From: Crocosphaera subtropica ATCC 51142
GTDB lineage: Bacteria > Cyanobacteriota > Cyanobacteriia > Cyanobacteriales > Microcystaceae
Direction: 5' to 3'
Length of the DNA stretch: 32,000 bases
NCBI RefSeq assembly: GCF_000017845.1
Contig: NC_010546.1
Coordinates: 3,750,001-3,782,000 of the forward strand
The notes under the pieces were generated by a model. That model ran no database searches and was not told the DNA's origin. It saw nothing but the letters and a program-made list of their open reading frames with translations. Shown here in pieces: positions 1 through 8,820 of the stretch (its first letter is position 1; each line of letters starts with the position of its first letter). A program made the position numbers and the translations under genes.

Positions 1-1
1 T

Positions 2-1018
2 TTAGCTCATGCTTTACAACAACCTAATAACTGGAAAACTAAAGCTGGGTGGGCCGTAATGAGGTTTTTAGCTATTCTTACCGTTCCCTTTAATGGGGCT
101 TTATTAGGGGCTGATTTATTCCTCATCGGTACACAATTTTCTCAACAAAAACAGAAATTACTGGCTTTTGCTAAACCCTTCATAGGATTGATCATTCTCT
201 GTATTCCTATTGCCATTGATTTAATCTCCACCGTTACGTCAGGAAAACACCACTTAGTCGGTCCAACTCCTGGTATTAGAGAAGTTTTTCGGGAATTAAG
301 AATATTAACAGCTTATTCTTATCCCCCTCCCCCCCCTTATTTAACTAGATTTTTACAGGTTTACATTCTTTTAGTGATAGCTGTAATGGTGATTGCCATT
401 ATTAAAAAACCTCGTAGCCAACAAACTCTATGGGTAGCTGCTTGGGGATTTATTCCTTTAACAATAATTTTTGTTTATTCTCATCTCTCCAACTCCATTT
501 GGATTACTCGCTATTTTATGTTTATTGCGCCCTATTTGTTGCTTCTTTTAGCAGTAGGTTTTCTAAAAATATGGCGACAATGGCGAGCTATGGCCATAAT
601 TGTAGCGTTGGTATATGGTATCGCCGTGAGCATTGGATTAACTCATTATTATAGCTCACCAGCACGTTATATGGGCGCTCGTGGAGATTTTTATCGAGGG
701 GTTGCTCAGCTAATTAATGCAGAGGAAAAACCAGGAGATGTGATTATTTGGTCGATCATTCATGGAACTTCTAAACCCTTAGAACATTATCATCGTGGCT
801 CGGCTTCTATTATCAAGAAAGACTATCAATATAAGTTTGACGAAGCTAACATAAAAGAGTGGCTTAATAGCTTACCACCCATTGAATCTCGTATGTGGAT
901 AGTATATCCAAACCAGTCTAAACTTTTCTGCCAACTACTTCAAGAAAAGTATAACAATGTCAAAAACTATAAAAAATTTGGTCAGTGTAGTGTATCGTTA
1001 ATTAATCCAGAAAGTTAA
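2..1018 (+). CDS. Polytopic membrane glycosyltransferase, ArnT/PMT (GT39)-like, C-terminal part; 5' end lies outside the window
   Basis: The reading frame of ORF 59..1018 stays open back to nt 2 (LAHALQQPNNWKTKAGWAVMRF...), so the gene is truncated by the window edge. It has several hydrophobic helices followed by a ~120-aa soluble tail. It sits directly upstream of a polyprenyl-phosphate GT2, the usual ArnT/ArnC-type pairing. The family call comes from architecture and context only. Confidence 0.5.
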   Translation, partial: LAHALQQPNNWKTKAGWAVMRFLAILTVPFNGALLGADLFLIGTQFSQQKQKLLAFAKPFIGLIILCIPIAIDLISTVTSGKHHLVGPTPGIREVFRELRILTAYSYPPPPPYLTRFLQVYILLVIAVMVIAIIKKPRSQQTLWVAAWGFIPLTIIFVYSHLSNSIWITRYFMFIAPYLLLLLAVGFLKIWRQWRAMAIIVALVYGIAVSIGLTHYYSSPARYMGARGDFYRGVAQLINAEEKPGDVIIWSIIHGTSKPLEHYHRGSASIIKKDYQYKFDEANIKEWLNSLPPIESRMWIVYPNQSKLFCQLLQEKYNNVKNYKKFGQCSVSLINPES

Positions 1019-1135
1019 TCCATTCGATACTTATAGATAGAATTACGAGCTATCAACTTCCATAATTGGCTCAATTCTCTTACCGTTTCATGTTACATTA
1101 TCAACAAAATTTTTAATCAAAATCTATATAAAGTG

Positions 1136-2155
1136 ATGAGCGAAACATTAAGACTATTAACTCAGCAAGATAATCAAAATTACAGTGAAACTTATCTTTC
1201 TGTCATTGTTCCCATTTATAATGAACTAGAGAGTTTACCCCTGCTAGTTCAAGCAATTGCTGATGTTTTAACAGAGAACCAATTATCTTACGAAATTATT
1301 TGTGTTGACGATGGCTCTCAGGATGGCTCTGCTGAATTATTGCAAGACCTTGCTAACAGTCGTCATGATTTAGTAGCCATTATTTTTCGTCGCAACTACG
1401 GCCAAACTCCAGCGATGGCAGCCGGATTTCAATATGCTAAAGGAAATATTATTATTACCTTAGATGGAGATTTACAAAATGATCCGGCCGATATTCCTAA
1501 GCTCGTTGCCAAACTCGAAGAAGGTTATGATTTGGTGAGTGGTTGGCGTAAAAATCGCCAAGATGCCCGTTTAACAAGACTTCTACCCTCTAAAATTGCT
1601 AATTGGATTATCGGTCGAGTCACAGGGGTTAAATTGCATGACTATGGATGTTCTTTAAAAGCCTATCGTCGGGAAGTGCTATCGGATATGAATCTTTACG
1701 GCGAACTCCATCGCTTTTTACCGGCTCTTGCCTATATCGAAGGAGCAAAAATTACTGAAATTCCTGTTCGTCATCATGCCCGACGTTATGGAAATAGTAA
1801 ATATGGTTTAGGACGGACTTTCCGAGTCTTAATGGATTTACTGACTATCTTTTTCCTGAAAAAGTTTCTGACCCGTCCTATGCACATTTTTGGACTCGGT
1901 GGCTTAATTTTATTGATAACCGGCCTGTTGATGGGCAGTTACTTAACCTTTATCAAACTGATTCTTGGATTGAGTATCGGTCATCGTCCTTTACTGATTT
2001 TAGCCGTGCTTTTAATCCTCACTGGCATACAACTCTTAATTTCTGGATTATTGGCAGAACTCATTATGAGAACTTATCACGAATCACAAAAACGCCCTAT
2101 TTATCGTATCCGTCAGATAGTTCAGTCTTCAAATTCAACGGATATCACTGGTTAA
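1136..2155 (+). CDS. GT2 polyprenyl-phosphate glycosyltransferase (GtrB/ArnC/DPM1-like) with two C-terminal TM helices
   Basis: N-terminal GT-A signature LSVIVPIYNE...ICVDDGSQDGS...LDGDLQNDP (DxD), then RHHARRYGNSKYG and two C-terminal TM helices (IFGLGGLILLITGLLMG, LLILAVLLILTGIQLLISGLL). ATG at 1136 (GTG at 1133 is also possible). Confidence 0.85.
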   Translation: MSETLRLLTQQDNQNYSETYLSVIVPIYNELESLPLLVQAIADVLTENQLSYEIICVDDGSQDGSAELLQDLANSRHDLVAIIFRRNYGQTPAMAAGFQYAKGNIIITLDGDLQNDPADIPKLVAKLEEGYDLVSGWRKNRQDARLTRLLPSKIANWIIGRVTGVKLHDYGCSLKAYRREVLSDMNLYGELHRFLPALAYIEGAKITEIPVRHHARRYGNSKYGLGRTFRVLMDLLTIFFLKKFLTRPMHIFGLGGLILLITGLLMGSYLTFIKLILGLSIGHRPLLILAVLLILTGIQLLISGLLAELIMRTYHESQKRPIYRIRQIVQSSNSTDITG

Positions 2156-2315
2156 AACAGCATTCAGCGTTCAGCAGTTCCTTAACGAAGTTCTGACTAA
2201 GCGCAAACAGGATTATAAGAATATAGCTGATAGCTTGTTAAATGATCGATCTTTATTCTGATGAGCTACTTTGTTAAGTAATATTACAATCATGCTGTCA
2301 TACTGGCATAACAGC

Positions 2316-2344
2316 TTGACAGCCCTAGAAAAACTCGTTAGAGT
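2316..2344 (+). promoter_or_regulatory. Sigma70-type promoter candidate, TTGACA-17 nt-TAGAGT, for the RHH/AAA+/DUF1257 genes
   Basis: TTGACA at 2316-2321, a 17-nt spacer, and TAGAGT at 2339-2344. This lies ~37 nt upstream of the ATG at 2381. Sequence match only. Confidence 0.45.
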
Positions 2345-2380
2345 GGTGACACATACCCGGGTAACCTCAGCTAGAGTGAT

Positions 2381-2731
2381 ATGCAAGACAAGCAAAAAGT
2401 CACACTATATCTCCCCCCTGGAATTCATCGGCAACTCAAAATTAGAGCCGCCATCGACGAAGACTCTATGTCGGCCTTAGTTGAGAGGGCAGTGGACTTT
2501 TATCTCAAATACCCAGATAAAGTAGAAGAAGTAGAAGCTGCTGCCTATGGAAAAACACACCAAGTCCATGTTTGTCCAGAATGCGAAGCCGCCATGGTCA
2601 TGCGAAACGGACAAATGGTTTCTCTAAAAAATCAGCCTAGTGTTATCACAGATGATTTTCCCCTAGATATCAGAGAAGCAGTGCCAACCAATACCGACAC
2701 TTCTGGGGAAGAAGCCTTAGTTCCCTGCTAA
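2381..2731 (+). CDS. Small ribbon-helix-helix (CopG/ParD/Arc-like) protein, first gene of the Ycf46 module
   Basis: The N-terminus KVTLYLPPGIHRQLKIRAAIDEDSMSALVERAVDFYL fits the beta-strand/helix/helix RHH pattern. The C-terminal half has one CPEC pair and an acidic tail. The stop is 38 nt before the AAA+ gene. Confidence 0.65.
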   Translation: MQDKQKVTLYLPPGIHRQLKIRAAIDEDSMSALVERAVDFYLKYPDKVEEVEAAAYGKTHQVHVCPECEAAMVMRNGQMVSLKNQPSVITDDFPLDIREAVPTNTDTSGEEALVPC

Positions 2732-2769
2732 GTTGCTTAACTGTCCAACCATCATTTTAGGTCGATGCC

Positions 2770-4278
2770 ATGAAAGAAGAGCTAAACATACTAATACAAG
2801 CTCAGTATCCTCTAATATATCTTGTTACGTCAGAAGAACAAAGAGCAGAGCAGGCGATCGCTAAGATTGCTCAACAATATAGTAAGCATCGGCGCGTCTT
2901 TTCTTGGACTGTGACCCACGGAATGGTTGAATACGGACAGCCAGGAAATGCTACTCAACATAATACAGTTCATGCTGAACCAGCGATTAGTTGGGTAATC
3001 CGTGAAAAAGAACCAGGGATTTTCATATTCAAAGATTTGCACCCCTTTATTGCTGATGCCAACGTTACTCGTTCTTTGCGGGATGCCATCATCAGCTTAC
3101 GGGGAACAGAGAAAACGATTATTCTGATCTCTCCCCTACAACAGATTCCTATAGAACTAGAAAAAGACGTTGTTGTTCTCGATTTTCCTTTTCCCGATTT
3201 AAGCGAACTCAATCAAGTTTTATCACGACAACTGGAGCAAGCTAGAAGTAACCGCATTACTACCGATGCTCGTGAAAAGCTCCTCAAAGCGACCCTAGGA
3301 TTAACCAAGGATGAAGCAGAGAAGGTTTATCGAAAAGCTTATGTTAAAGCGGGTCGTCTGACAGAGGAAGAAGTTGACATTGTTTTGTCAGAGAAGAAGC
3401 AACAGATTCGCCGAAATGGAGTTCTTGATTACATCGAAGAAGATGAAACCATTAATGCTGTTGGTGGTTTAGAAGAACTGAAGAAATGGCTCAAACAAAG
3501 GTCTGGAGCCTTTACAGAAAGAGCCAGAGAATATGGTTTACCCCAACCCAAAGGAATGTTGATTTTAGGGGTTCCAGGATGTGGAAAGTCTCTGATTGCG
3601 AAAACAACCTCTCGGTTATGGGGATTACCCTTGCTGCGGTTGGACTTAGGTAGAGTCTATGACTCGGCGGTGGGTCGTTCCGAAGCCAATCTAAGAAATG
3701 CCTTGAAAACAGCTGAATCCATTTCCCCTGCCATCCTCTTCATTGATGAATTAGATAAGGCTTTTGCTGGCAGTGCTGGCTCAGCTGATTCCGATGGAGG
3801 AACATCAAGCCGAATTTTTGGTTCCTTTTTAACCTGGATGCAAGAAAAAACCTCACCGGTATTTGTAATGGCCACAGCTAACCGTGTTGAACGGTTGCCA
3901 GGAGAGTTTTTACGCAAAGGAAGATTTGACGAAATATTCTTTGTGGACTTGCCTAGTTTAGAAGAACGTCAAGCTATTTTCAATATTCACCTTACTAAAC
4001 GTCGCTCAGATATTTCTCGCTTCGATATTGAGCAACTGTCTAAGGTATCCGATGGATTTTCTGGTGCAGAGATCGAGCAGGCTATCATTGCAGCCATGTA
4101 TGAAGCCTTTGCTCAAGATAGGGAGTTTACGCAGCTTGATATTATTGCTGCCATTAAATCGACTCTCCCCTTATCTCGCACCATGACTGAACAGGTTACT
4201 GCCCTGCGGGACTGGGCGCGACAAAGAGCGCGACCTGCTTCAGCCTCCGTCGCTGAATACCAGCGATTGGAGTTCTAA
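2770..4278 (+). CDS. ycf46: AAA+ ATPase of the Ycf46 family (N-terminal ~230-aa domain of unknown function plus one classical AAA module)
   Basis: Walker A GVPGCGKS (nt 3568-3591), Walker B ILFIDELD (from nt 3733), and sensor/Arg-finger region ATANRVERLPGEFLRKGRFDE. The 502-aa length and the N-terminus (LNILIQAQYPLIYLVTSEEQRAEQAI) match the cyanobacterial/plastid Ycf46 pattern as I remember it. Confidence 0.85.
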   Translation: MKEELNILIQAQYPLIYLVTSEEQRAEQAIAKIAQQYSKHRRVFSWTVTHGMVEYGQPGNATQHNTVHAEPAISWVIREKEPGIFIFKDLHPFIADANVTRSLRDAIISLRGTEKTIILISPLQQIPIELEKDVVVLDFPFPDLSELNQVLSRQLEQARSNRITTDAREKLLKATLGLTKDEAEKVYRKAYVKAGRLTEEEVDIVLSEKKQQIRRNGVLDYIEEDETINAVGGLEELKKWLKQRSGAFTERAREYGLPQPKGMLILGVPGCGKSLIAKTTSRLWGLPLLRLDLGRVYDSAVGRSEANLRNALKTAESISPAILFIDELDKAFAGSAGSADSDGGTSSRIFGSFLTWMQEKTSPVFVMATANRVERLPGEFLRKGRFDEIFFVDLPSLEERQAIFNIHLTKRRSDISRFDIEQLSKVSDGFSGAEIEQAIIAAMYEAFAQDREFTQLDIIAAIKSTLPLSRTMTEQVTALRDWARQRARPASASVAEYQRLEF

Positions 4279-4414
4279 CAAGCTTTCACCTGCTCCCAAC
4301 AGGTGTAAAGGCTAGTCACAAGCTAGCAGCCTATAAAACGTCGTCCCTATGAGACGGCACATTCAAACCCTAAATTGTTGTTGTTAACTTCTGTTCTACT
4401 GGAGGAAATCGAAA

Positions 4415-4768
4415 ATGTCTCACTTTAGCACTCTGCGCACCAAAATCACAGATGCTGAAATTTTAAAAGCTTCTTTACGGGATCTCGGTATTTTTGTTAA
4501 GACCGATGCTGATGTAAGAGGTTATAACGGTCAGCGCGTTCGTTCTGATATTGTTGCTGTTCTTGATGGTGAATACGATCTCGGCTGGTCTCGCAATAGC
4601 GATGGTAGCTTTGATCTAATTGCTGACCTTTGGGGTGTTGCTAAGAAGCACAACCAAACCGAATTAATCAACTCCATCAATCAAAAGTATGCTGTTAACA
4701 AGACCTTAGCAGAAGTTAAGCAGCGTAACTTAGGCAAAGCTAATATCAATTTAGTTCTTCACAGCTAA
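4415..4768 (+). CDS. DUF1257 (Ycf35-like) small protein
   Basis: The N-terminus MSHFSTLRTKITDAEILKASLRDLGI is the typical DUF1257/Ycf35 signature. GGAGGA lies 8 nt upstream of the ATG. Same strand as the AAA+ gene. Confidence 0.8.
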   Translation: MSHFSTLRTKITDAEILKASLRDLGIFVKTDADVRGYNGQRVRSDIVAVLDGEYDLGWSRNSDGSFDLIADLWGVAKKHNQTELINSINQKYAVNKTLAEVKQRNLGKANINLVLHS

Positions 4769-4793
4769 GATTTAGCGCGCGTTCCCAAGCTTG

Positions 4794-4825
4794 GGGTTAA
4801 CCAGTCCTCGGTTGACCCTTTTTTT
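4794..4825 (+). terminator. Intrinsic terminator after the DUF1257 gene
   Basis: GGGTTAACC (4794-4802) pairs with GGTTGACCC (4810-4818), giving a 9-bp stem including one G-U. The loop is 7 nt and is followed by T7 (4819-4825). It sits between convergent genes. Confidence 0.65.
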
Positions 4826-4838
4826 GGGTTTATTTTTT

Positions 4839-5984
4839 TTAAGACAACGTTTTCAAAAAAGCTAGACTACTATAGAGATGAAAAGCTCCATCCCAAGGGG
4901 TTTCCTCTCGACGTAATAGGCCAACATGAGGATGAATCAGTTTGAGTAACTCTTGAAAATCAATGGCGGATTCTCCAAAAGGCGTAAATTCTGACCAAGT
5001 TAGAATACTAGGATTTTTTTCGTTAATAAAAGCCATGATATGTTGCCAGCTTTCCTTCATGGTTGCTTGGCCATCCTGAGCTTTTTGTTTATCAGAAAAA
5101 GATATTCCTTCGAGGAAACGATACTGTTGATCACACAGACGAATGATAGTATTTTTTTTAGGAAGATGAAGATCGCACATTTTTGCATAATCTAGGGTTG
5201 CTGTGGTGCGTTTTAATTGTCCCCTCAACCCAATATCGACACATTCTTCAAAAATGGGAAGTAATCCTTCTACTCGTTGTTCGACTTCTGACCATTCAAA
5301 TGTAAAGATATCCCGTTGTCCTTTTTTGGGTTCATAGACAATAGTCACTTTGGGATCAACAGACTCAATATATAGAACACTATATACCTTTAACCTATTA
5401 ACCTTGCCAAGCAATGCAGTAAAACAGGGGATATCGGCTTGTTTCAGTTGTTCGGCTTGAAAATTGAGCTTACCAATAGCCCCAGTGCGGTACAATCGCC
5501 AAGAACGACTAGGGAGTTGTAATCTAGCAGTATAGGGATCAATTGCCATAATTTCCCCAAATTTCTGGGCTGCAGTCTTTTTTAACTCATTAGAAATAGC
5601 CTCAAGAACCAATATCCCCATTTCTTGCGATCCGCTTTCTGCCATCGCTTCATCTAAAGCGGTTTGACGTTCCTTTATTTCTTGTTGGTTAATTCGTTCA
5701 ATTCCTTGACGAATTTGTCTCATTAGCTTGGGGTTAACTGCATTAGGTAACAGTTCTCGATAACGTTCATTAGCAAAGCTTACATTTCCTTGAGCTTCAG
5801 CTAAACGAGCTTGATAAAATGGAATCCAAATATTATCGGGGTCGTCTTGCTGTAACTGTTGAAGCAGTTGAGACGCTTCCTCGTAATTCTCGCTATTAAT
5901 AGCATTAATAATTGATTCAACCATAGCAGTATCTATAGTTTGATTAGGTGTATAAATTGAAAATTCTAGAGAAGAAAAATACAA
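4839..5984 (-). CDS. Hypothetical protein with an N-terminal TPR-like helical region
   Basis: Long uninterrupted ORF (381 aa). The N-terminus NSENYEEASQLLQQLQQDDPDNIWIPFYQARLAEAQGN looks like a TPR unit; the rest has no motif I recognise. An alternative start is Met21 (nt 5924). Confidence 0.6.
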   Translation of the reverse strand: MYFSSLEFSIYTPNQTIDTAMVESIINAINSENYEEASQLLQQLQQDDPDNIWIPFYQARLAEAQGNVSFANERYRELLPNAVNPKLMRQIRQGIERINQQEIKERQTALDEAMAESGSQEMGILVLEAISNELKKTAAQKFGEIMAIDPYTARLQLPSRSWRLYRTGAIGKLNFQAEQLKQADIPCFTALLGKVNRLKVYSVLYIESVDPKVTIVYEPKKGQRDIFTFEWSEVEQRVEGLLPIFEECVDIGLRGQLKRTTATLDYAKMCDLHLPKKNTIIRLCDQQYRFLEGISFSDKQKAQDGQATMKESWQHIMAFINEKNPSILTWSEFTPFGESAIDFQELLKLIHPHVGLLRREETPWDGAFHLYSSLAFLKTLS

Positions 5985-6037
5985 TAAATAAGTCTATAAA
6001 GCCAGCAAAATTCAAGAAAATTAATAAATAATTTTGC

Positions 6038-7231
6038 TCAAGAATTTACATAAACTCGTCCTTTCCATCCGCCTCCTTTTCCTCGCCAGTGTCGCCATGC
6101 AGAGTCTATTGTCATTAAACCATAGAGAAGGCCAATTAGGGGCAGACTCAATCCCCACAGAGGAGAACATTGATATAACTTTAAAGTAGGAAAATAAGAA
6201 ATCGTCATTAATAACCAGGTAATTCCTCCCAAAATGGCAATTATTTGATTCTGAATAATTAATCCTATCATCAAACCAATGGGACCAACTAAATAAACTA
6301 AGGTTAATCCTAGTAAGGTTCCTATTAATAATAAAGGAGAATAATTTAACTGAGTATAGGCCGTTCTTGCCACCATATTCCAAATCGAATCTAAGTTATC
6401 ATAAGGTCGTAAACTAAGGGTTTTTTCACTTAATCCTAACCAAATACCTTGATCGGGATTTTTGCTATTTTCTTGTAATTTTCCTTTGACGGCTGCTGCT
6501 AGAGAACAATCATCAATTAACGCTTGTTTAACCACTTCTATTCCACCAATTTCTTCTAACATATCACGACGAATTAAAATACAACCGCCGGCTGCTGCTG
6601 CCATTTTATGACGGGGGTTATTTACCCAAGAAAAAGGATAAAGTTTTTCAAAGAAAAAGACAAACGCAGGGATCAAAAATTGTTCCCAAAAACTCTGACA
6701 TCTTAGTCTAACCATGAGGGAAGTCATGGCTAAATTATCTTGTTCTGCTTGATTAACCAATTCTTTTATATTGGTACTATGATGTTCAATATCAGCATCG
6801 GTTAACAGTAAATAATCGGGTAAATTTTCTCTCTTTTTTGCTTGTTCAATCCCTTGTTTCATTGCCCATAATTTTCCCGACCAACCAGCAGCTAAAGGTT
6901 GACCTGAAATGACTTGTAACTGCTCAGATTTGTGACAATTTTCTGCAATGTCTTGGGCTACTTTTCCTGTATTATCGTCGCTTTGATCGTCCACTAAAAT
7001 AATAGAAAAATGCCCTGGATATTCTTGGTTTAAGAGAGATGGCAAACTAATGGGTAACACGTCTGCTTCATTACGGGCAGGAATAACAGCACACACAGAA
7101 GGATATTGATTTAATGGATTAAGATTACTATCAATTCGTTGATTACTTAACCAAAACCCTCCTCGAAATAGTAATAAATAAACCCAAATAATTAAAGATA
7201 AACTTGCAATTATTACCAAAATATTTATCAT
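6038..7231 (-). CDS. Membrane-anchored GT2 glycosyltransferase, HpnB-like
   Basis: N-terminal TM helix, then VCAVIPARNEADVLPISLPSLLNQEYPGHFSIILVDDQSDDNTG, LLLTDADIEH (DxD) and C-terminal TM helices. This architecture matches hopene-associated HpnB-type GT2 enzymes. No other hpn genes are visible. Confidence 0.75.
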   Translation of the reverse strand: MINILVIIASLSLIIWVYLLLFRGGFWLSNQRIDSNLNPLNQYPSVCAVIPARNEADVLPISLPSLLNQEYPGHFSIILVDDQSDDNTGKVAQDIAENCHKSEQLQVISGQPLAAGWSGKLWAMKQGIEQAKKRENLPDYLLLTDADIEHHSTNIKELVNQAEQDNLAMTSLMVRLRCQSFWEQFLIPAFVFFFEKLYPFSWVNNPRHKMAAAAGGCILIRRDMLEEIGGIEVVKQALIDDCSLAAAVKGKLQENSKNPDQGIWLGLSEKTLSLRPYDNLDSIWNMVARTAYTQLNYSPLLLIGTLLGLTLVYLVGPIGLMIGLIIQNQIIAILGGITWLLMTISYFPTLKLYQCSPLWGLSLPLIGLLYGLMTIDSAWRHWRGKGGGWKGRVYVNS

Positions 7232-7345
7232 AAATTTACTCTCTTACTATTCCCAACAGTATAACTTATATCGATATAAAATTCTAATTACTTACAATAA
7301 TTTAAGTTTTATTCATCCAACCTTGTAAATTTGATAAATTGATTA

Positions 7346-8128
7346 TTAATTATTAATTATTAACTGTGCTTGTTCATTAAAACAGCGACGATACACTCCT
7401 TCTGTCACCAAAATAGCGGTTAAAATATTGGTTAACATAATCATAAATAAAATTAAAATTTGATAGGAAGCTGCGTTTAACGGTTCGGTTCCTCCTAACA
7501 CCTGTCCGGTAAACATTCCAGGTAAACTGACTAGACCCACTACCATCATTTGATTTAACGTAGGAATTAAACTGACTCGAATCGCTTCTTTGCGATAATT
7601 AGCGATCGCTTCTTTAGGAGTCGCCCCCAAACATAAATAGGTTTCTACCTCAAGTTGGTTATGGGAAATAGCAGTAATAAGACGTTCCCCTGATAAAGAA
7701 GCACTATTCATGGCATTTCCCAAGATCATTCCGGCCAAGGGTATTAAATACTGGGGAGAATACCAGGTGTCAGGCTGAATAATTAAACTGAGGGCATAAC
7801 TCAGGGTTAACCCACTACTCACCAACAACGATACCCAAACTAGGGGAAAAAACCCCTTTCCCTTGCGAGGGATGCGGTTACGGGTGACTTGGGTAGCAAT
7901 GGTTAACATCACCCCTAGAATGAATAAAACAGGGATAGGATGGTTTAATTCAAAGATCGCAGCGATGACATAGCCTACCGCTAAAAGTTGAAGCAGCGAT
8001 CGCCCTGTTGCCAGTAGGAGTTGTCCTTCTAAGCCTAACCCTTGCCAGTTGGACAAAACCACAGCAATAGCCATAATGCCCAAAGACCACCCCAAATCTA
8101 GCAAATCCAGTTCAATTACACCACCCAA
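7346..8128 (-). CDS. UPF0014 (FetB/YbbM-type) ABC-like permease
   Basis: A 260-aa polytopic protein with GRSLLQLLAVGYVI and the EVETYLCLGATPKEA...IPTLNQMMVVGLVSLPGMFTGQ motif characteristic of the FetB/YbbM family. The ORF-track start is a TTG. No partner ATPase gene is adjacent. Confidence 0.75.
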   Translation of the reverse strand: MGGVIELDLLDLGWSLGIMAIAVVLSNWQGLGLEGQLLLATGRSLLQLLAVGYVIAAIFELNHPIPVLFILGVMLTIATQVTRNRIPRKGKGFFPLVWVSLLVSSGLTLSYALSLIIQPDTWYSPQYLIPLAGMILGNAMNSASLSGERLITAISHNQLEVETYLCLGATPKEAIANYRKEAIRVSLIPTLNQMMVVGLVSLPGMFTGQVLGGTEPLNAASYQILILFMIMLTNILTAILVTEGVYRRCFNEQAQLIINN

Positions 8129-8152
8129 TGGATAATGCTCCCAATGTGTTAA

Positions 8153-8743
8153 CTATGCACCAAAATAAGGGGGCTCATTCCCTGCTTTCCATTTAATATT
8201 ACAGCCAATACTCGGTTTTTGCTGAGTATCAACTTTTCTATCCCGTAAAACGTCTTCTATGGCTGCTTTTAAATCTTTTCCCGTGATAGGAACATCATTG
8301 CCAGGACGACTATCATCAAATTGGCCCCGATAAACTAAACTATTATCCCTATCAAATAGGAAAAAATCAGGGGTACAAGCTGCCGTATAAGCTTTAGCCA
8401 CTTCTTGGCTTTCATCGTAACAAAACGGAAAATTCAACCCTAATGTTTCTGCCATTTTTTTCATATGTTCTGGAGAATCATCGGGGTGGGTCGTGATATC
8501 ATTAGCACTAATGGCAACTATTCCTAAACCTTTATCTACATATTCTTTTCCTAATGCAGCCAAAGCGTCTTGAAGATGTTTGACAAAAGGACAGTGAACA
8601 CAAATAAACATCACTAATAAAGCTTTTTTATCAGCAAAGGTATCCAGAGAAATTTTCTTACCTGATACCACATCTTCTAGGGAAAAATTTGGGGCTTTGG
8701 TTCCCAACGGTAACATAGTAGAAAGGGTTTTAACCATGAGCAT
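8153..8743 (-). CDS. Thioredoxin-fold AhpC/TSA (redoxin) family protein
   Basis: GTKAPNFSLEDV...KALLVMFICVHCPFVKH has a CxxC in a redoxin context. Length 196 aa. The gene ends 24 nt before the FetB-like gene on the same strand. Confidence 0.8.
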   Translation of the reverse strand: MLMVKTLSTMLPLGTKAPNFSLEDVVSGKKISLDTFADKKALLVMFICVHCPFVKHLQDALAALGKEYVDKGLGIVAISANDITTHPDDSPEHMKKMAETLGLNFPFCYDESQEVAKAYTAACTPDFFLFDRDNSLVYRGQFDDSRPGNDVPITGKDLKAAIEDVLRDRKVDTQQKPSIGCNIKWKAGNEPPYFGA

Positions 8744-8820
8744 AACTCCTAGTACGTTATCTACACTTTAAGACAATTATCTATTGTCCCTACCAATATT
8801 TTTAATTATACTTGTTCTTG

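Noticed and set aside
430-654. 74-aa track ORF inside the ArnT-like gene
   Set aside because: It is fully nested in a different frame of a much longer, membrane-protein-like ORF, and it has no independent signals.
2213-2480. Track ORFs 2213..2395 (-) and 2271..2480 (+) in the spacer before the RHH gene
   Set aside because: They overlap the promoter and the start of the RHH gene, they have no SD-like sequence or recognisable motif, and the region is better explained as promoter and leader.
2550-2731. Zinc-ribbon domain in the C-terminal half of the RHH protein
   Set aside because: Only one CxxC pair (CPEC) plus a lone C-terminal Cys is present, with no second CxxC or HxxH pair, so a canonical zinc ribbon is not supported.
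2830-3917. Three antisense track ORFs (2830..3042, 2970..3212, 3657..3917) within ycf46
   Set aside because: They run antisense to a gene with unambiguous Walker A and B motifs, which makes them shadow ORFs.
6021-6383. 120-aa minus-strand ORF overlapping the 3' end of the HpnB-like gene
   Set aside because: It is an alternative frame of the same strand inside a well-supported GT2 gene, and its composition is low-complexity.
7341-7362. TTATTAA x3 heptamer repeat
   Set aside because: It lies within the coding 3' end of the FetB-like gene (encoding ...LIINN plus a double stop) and is simply AT-rich codon repetition, not an intergenic STRR-type array.
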